A stretch of DNA of 64,000 bases from positions 15,821-79,820 of the forward strand of contig JANWWY010000003.1 in NCBI GenBank assembly GCA_025057455.1, written 5' to 3'. The position numbers were made by a program, and so were the translations under genes. This document shows, piece by piece, positions 62,816-64,000 of this stretch (the stretch's first letter is position 1; every line of letters starts with the position of its first letter). This DNA comes from Aquificaceae bacterium (GTDB taxonomy: Bacteria > Aquificota > Aquificia > Aquificales > Aquificaceae). The notes under the pieces were generated by a model that did no database searches, was not told the origin of the DNA, and was given only the letters and a program-made list of their open reading frames with translations.

Positions 62816-63062
62816 TGCTATGAGTGTGTTTTATGGTTTTACCTATGTTAGGTTGCTCAAGTTTTTCTTCCCTTTTGAATTGGTAGAATATAAGGTTTAT
62901 TTTTAGGCTCGGTTTGTAGGAGCTATAGTCCACATGCCCCTGCTGGAGTATACATACGGAGCAATCTATGTGTAGTTGATGGTCTTCGTGATGGTGTTCT
63001 GCAGTGGCAAAATCCGCAAAGAGAAGCAGTAGCGTAGTAAGTAGGGAGAGTAGGCTACTCAT
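62796..63062 (-). CDS. DUF2946/CruR-like leader protein with His cluster, CxxC and C-terminal RAPP
   Basis: Hydrophobic N-terminus, EHHHEDHQLH, DCSVC, ends SRAPPYL; immediately upstream of the OM metal channel. Confidence 0.75.
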   Translation of the reverse strand: MSSLLSLLTTLLLLFADFATAEHHHEDHQLHIDCSVCILQQGHVDYSSYKPSLKINLIFYQFKREEKLEQPNIGKTIKHTHSRAPPYL

Positions 63063-63071
63063 TTGAAAGTG

Positions 63072-63100
63072 ATTTTAACACTCAAAATATCAACTGTCAA
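63072..63100 (-). promoter_or_regulatory. sigma-70 promoter of the metal-uptake operon
   Basis: On the minus strand TTGACA-17 nt-TAAAAT, 9 nt before ATG 63062, no SD. Confidence 0.8.
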
Positions 63101-63133
63101 CCATCCACGCAGAACGTTCTATAATATAAGCTC

Positions 63134-63664
63134 ATGGAGAAGGCAAAATTTGGAGTCCTGACCGTATCCGATAGAGCCAGTAAGGGAGAATACGAAGACA
63201 TAAGCGGAAAATACATAATAGAGTATCTCAACGATGTTGTAACATCACCCTTTGAAATAGTTTACAACGTGGTGCCGGACGAAAGAGACATAATAGAAGG
63301 AGCTCTTTTGCACATGGCTGATACGGAAGGCTGTTGTCTTATACTTACTACAGGAGGTACTGGCCCAGCTCCGAGGGATGTGACCCCAGAGGCTACGGAG
63401 GCAGTCTGTCAGAAGATACTTCCAGGTTTTGGGGAGCTGATGCGTGCGGTTTCCCTAAGGCAAGTTCCAACAGCGATACTATCTCGCCAGACTGCAGGCA
63501 TAAGGAACAAGACCCTCATAATAAACCTGCCTGGCAAACCCCAGTCTATAAAGGTTTGCCTTGATGCGGTTTTTCCCGCAGTTCCCTACTGCATAGACCT
63601 GATAGGAGGACCTTACATTACCACTGACGAAAGTAAGATAAAAGCCTTTAGGCCATCAAAGTAG
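63134..63664 (+). CDS. mog: molybdopterin adenylyltransferase
   Basis: TVSDRAS.G.YED.SG, TTGGTGPAPRDVTPEA, PGFGE.MR, SRQTAG, NLPGKP. Confidence 0.95.
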   Translation: MEKAKFGVLTVSDRASKGEYEDISGKYIIEYLNDVVTSPFEIVYNVVPDERDIIEGALLHMADTEGCCLILTTGGTGPAPRDVTPEATEAVCQKILPGFGELMRAVSLRQVPTAILSRQTAGIRNKTLIINLPGKPQSIKVCLDAVFPAVPYCIDLIGGPYITTDESKIKAFRPSK

Positions 63665-64000
63665 TTAAGGCTTTAAAAACCTCCCCACCAACTCCGCAAA
63701 CACGGGGCTGTAAAGAGCTATAGCCACAAGCAACAGAACTATCATTATCTTCATGTAAGCTTCAATCCTCCTTATGTCCGCCTCCACCCTCCTTATTTCG
63801 GCTCTCAAAGTGTCTTCTACCCTTCTTATCTCCGCCTCCAGAACCTTTATATCCTGCTTTGTGGCAAGGTCGGAGGGGAGCTCCCTTTTGAGCTCTTCCT
63901 TTTTTCTGTTTGCCATTTCCTCAAGAACCTCTTCCAAAGCCACTGCAAGCTCCTTTGCCTCCTCCTTTCCAAACCTCTTTTCCAGAATCTCATATAGCCT
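63665..64000 (-). CDS. coiled-coil heptad-repeat protein with C-terminal TM (DUF1640/CCDC90-like), 5' end outside the window
   Basis: Frame open to base 64000 (RLYEILEKRFGKEEAKELAV...), LATKQDI motif, AEIRRVE repeats, hydrophobic tail. Confidence 0.7.
   Translation of the reverse strand, partial: RLYEILEKRFGKEEAKELAVALEEVLEEMANRKKEELKRELPSDLATKQDIKVLEAEIRRVEDTLRAEIRRVEADIRRIEAYMKIMIVLLLVAIALYSPVFAELVGRFLKP

Noticed and set aside
63063-63100. Zur/Fur box over the metal-operon promoter
   Set aside because: Only weak dyads (ATTTT-N7-AAAAT; TTGA..GTG/CAC.TCAA) that do not clearly match known Fur or Zur consensus; cannot be supported without comparative data

Overview
This is a dense, housekeeping-rich bacterial chromosome segment. 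The gene content and order (archaeal-type Trm1, short PPX/GppA, tandem tatA, DnaC-like loader, CCA-less tRNAs, scrambled operons) point to Aquificaceae, Hydrogenobacter/Thermocrinis-like; this placement is inference, not a database match. It holds about 65 CDS covering translation, cofactor synthesis (pantothenate, NAD, folate, biotin, lipoate, haem, Moco), c-di-GMP signalling, an RND efflux system and a metal-uptake operon, plus three tRNAs (Pro-TGG and Arg-TCT in zero-spacer tandem, Ser-GGA). I saw no CRISPR array, prophage or intact IS. The standout is at the right end. An 88-aa leader ORF (signal-like N-terminus, His cluster, CxxC, C-terminal RAPP; DUF2946/CruR-like) has its RAPP codons forming a perfect 12-bp stem with the Shine-Dalgarno of the next gene, a His-rich outer-membrane metal channel. 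This suggests a metal-sensing ribosome-arrest switch that acts by SD sequestration. It would control an operon that also encodes an unannotated Cys-rich small membrane protein and an ABC binding protein and permease with no ATPase. Other notable signals are a BioH-like frame whose only canonical start lies inside the tRNA genes, and a -10 box 6-10 nt before many start codons, suggesting widespread leaderless mRNAs.
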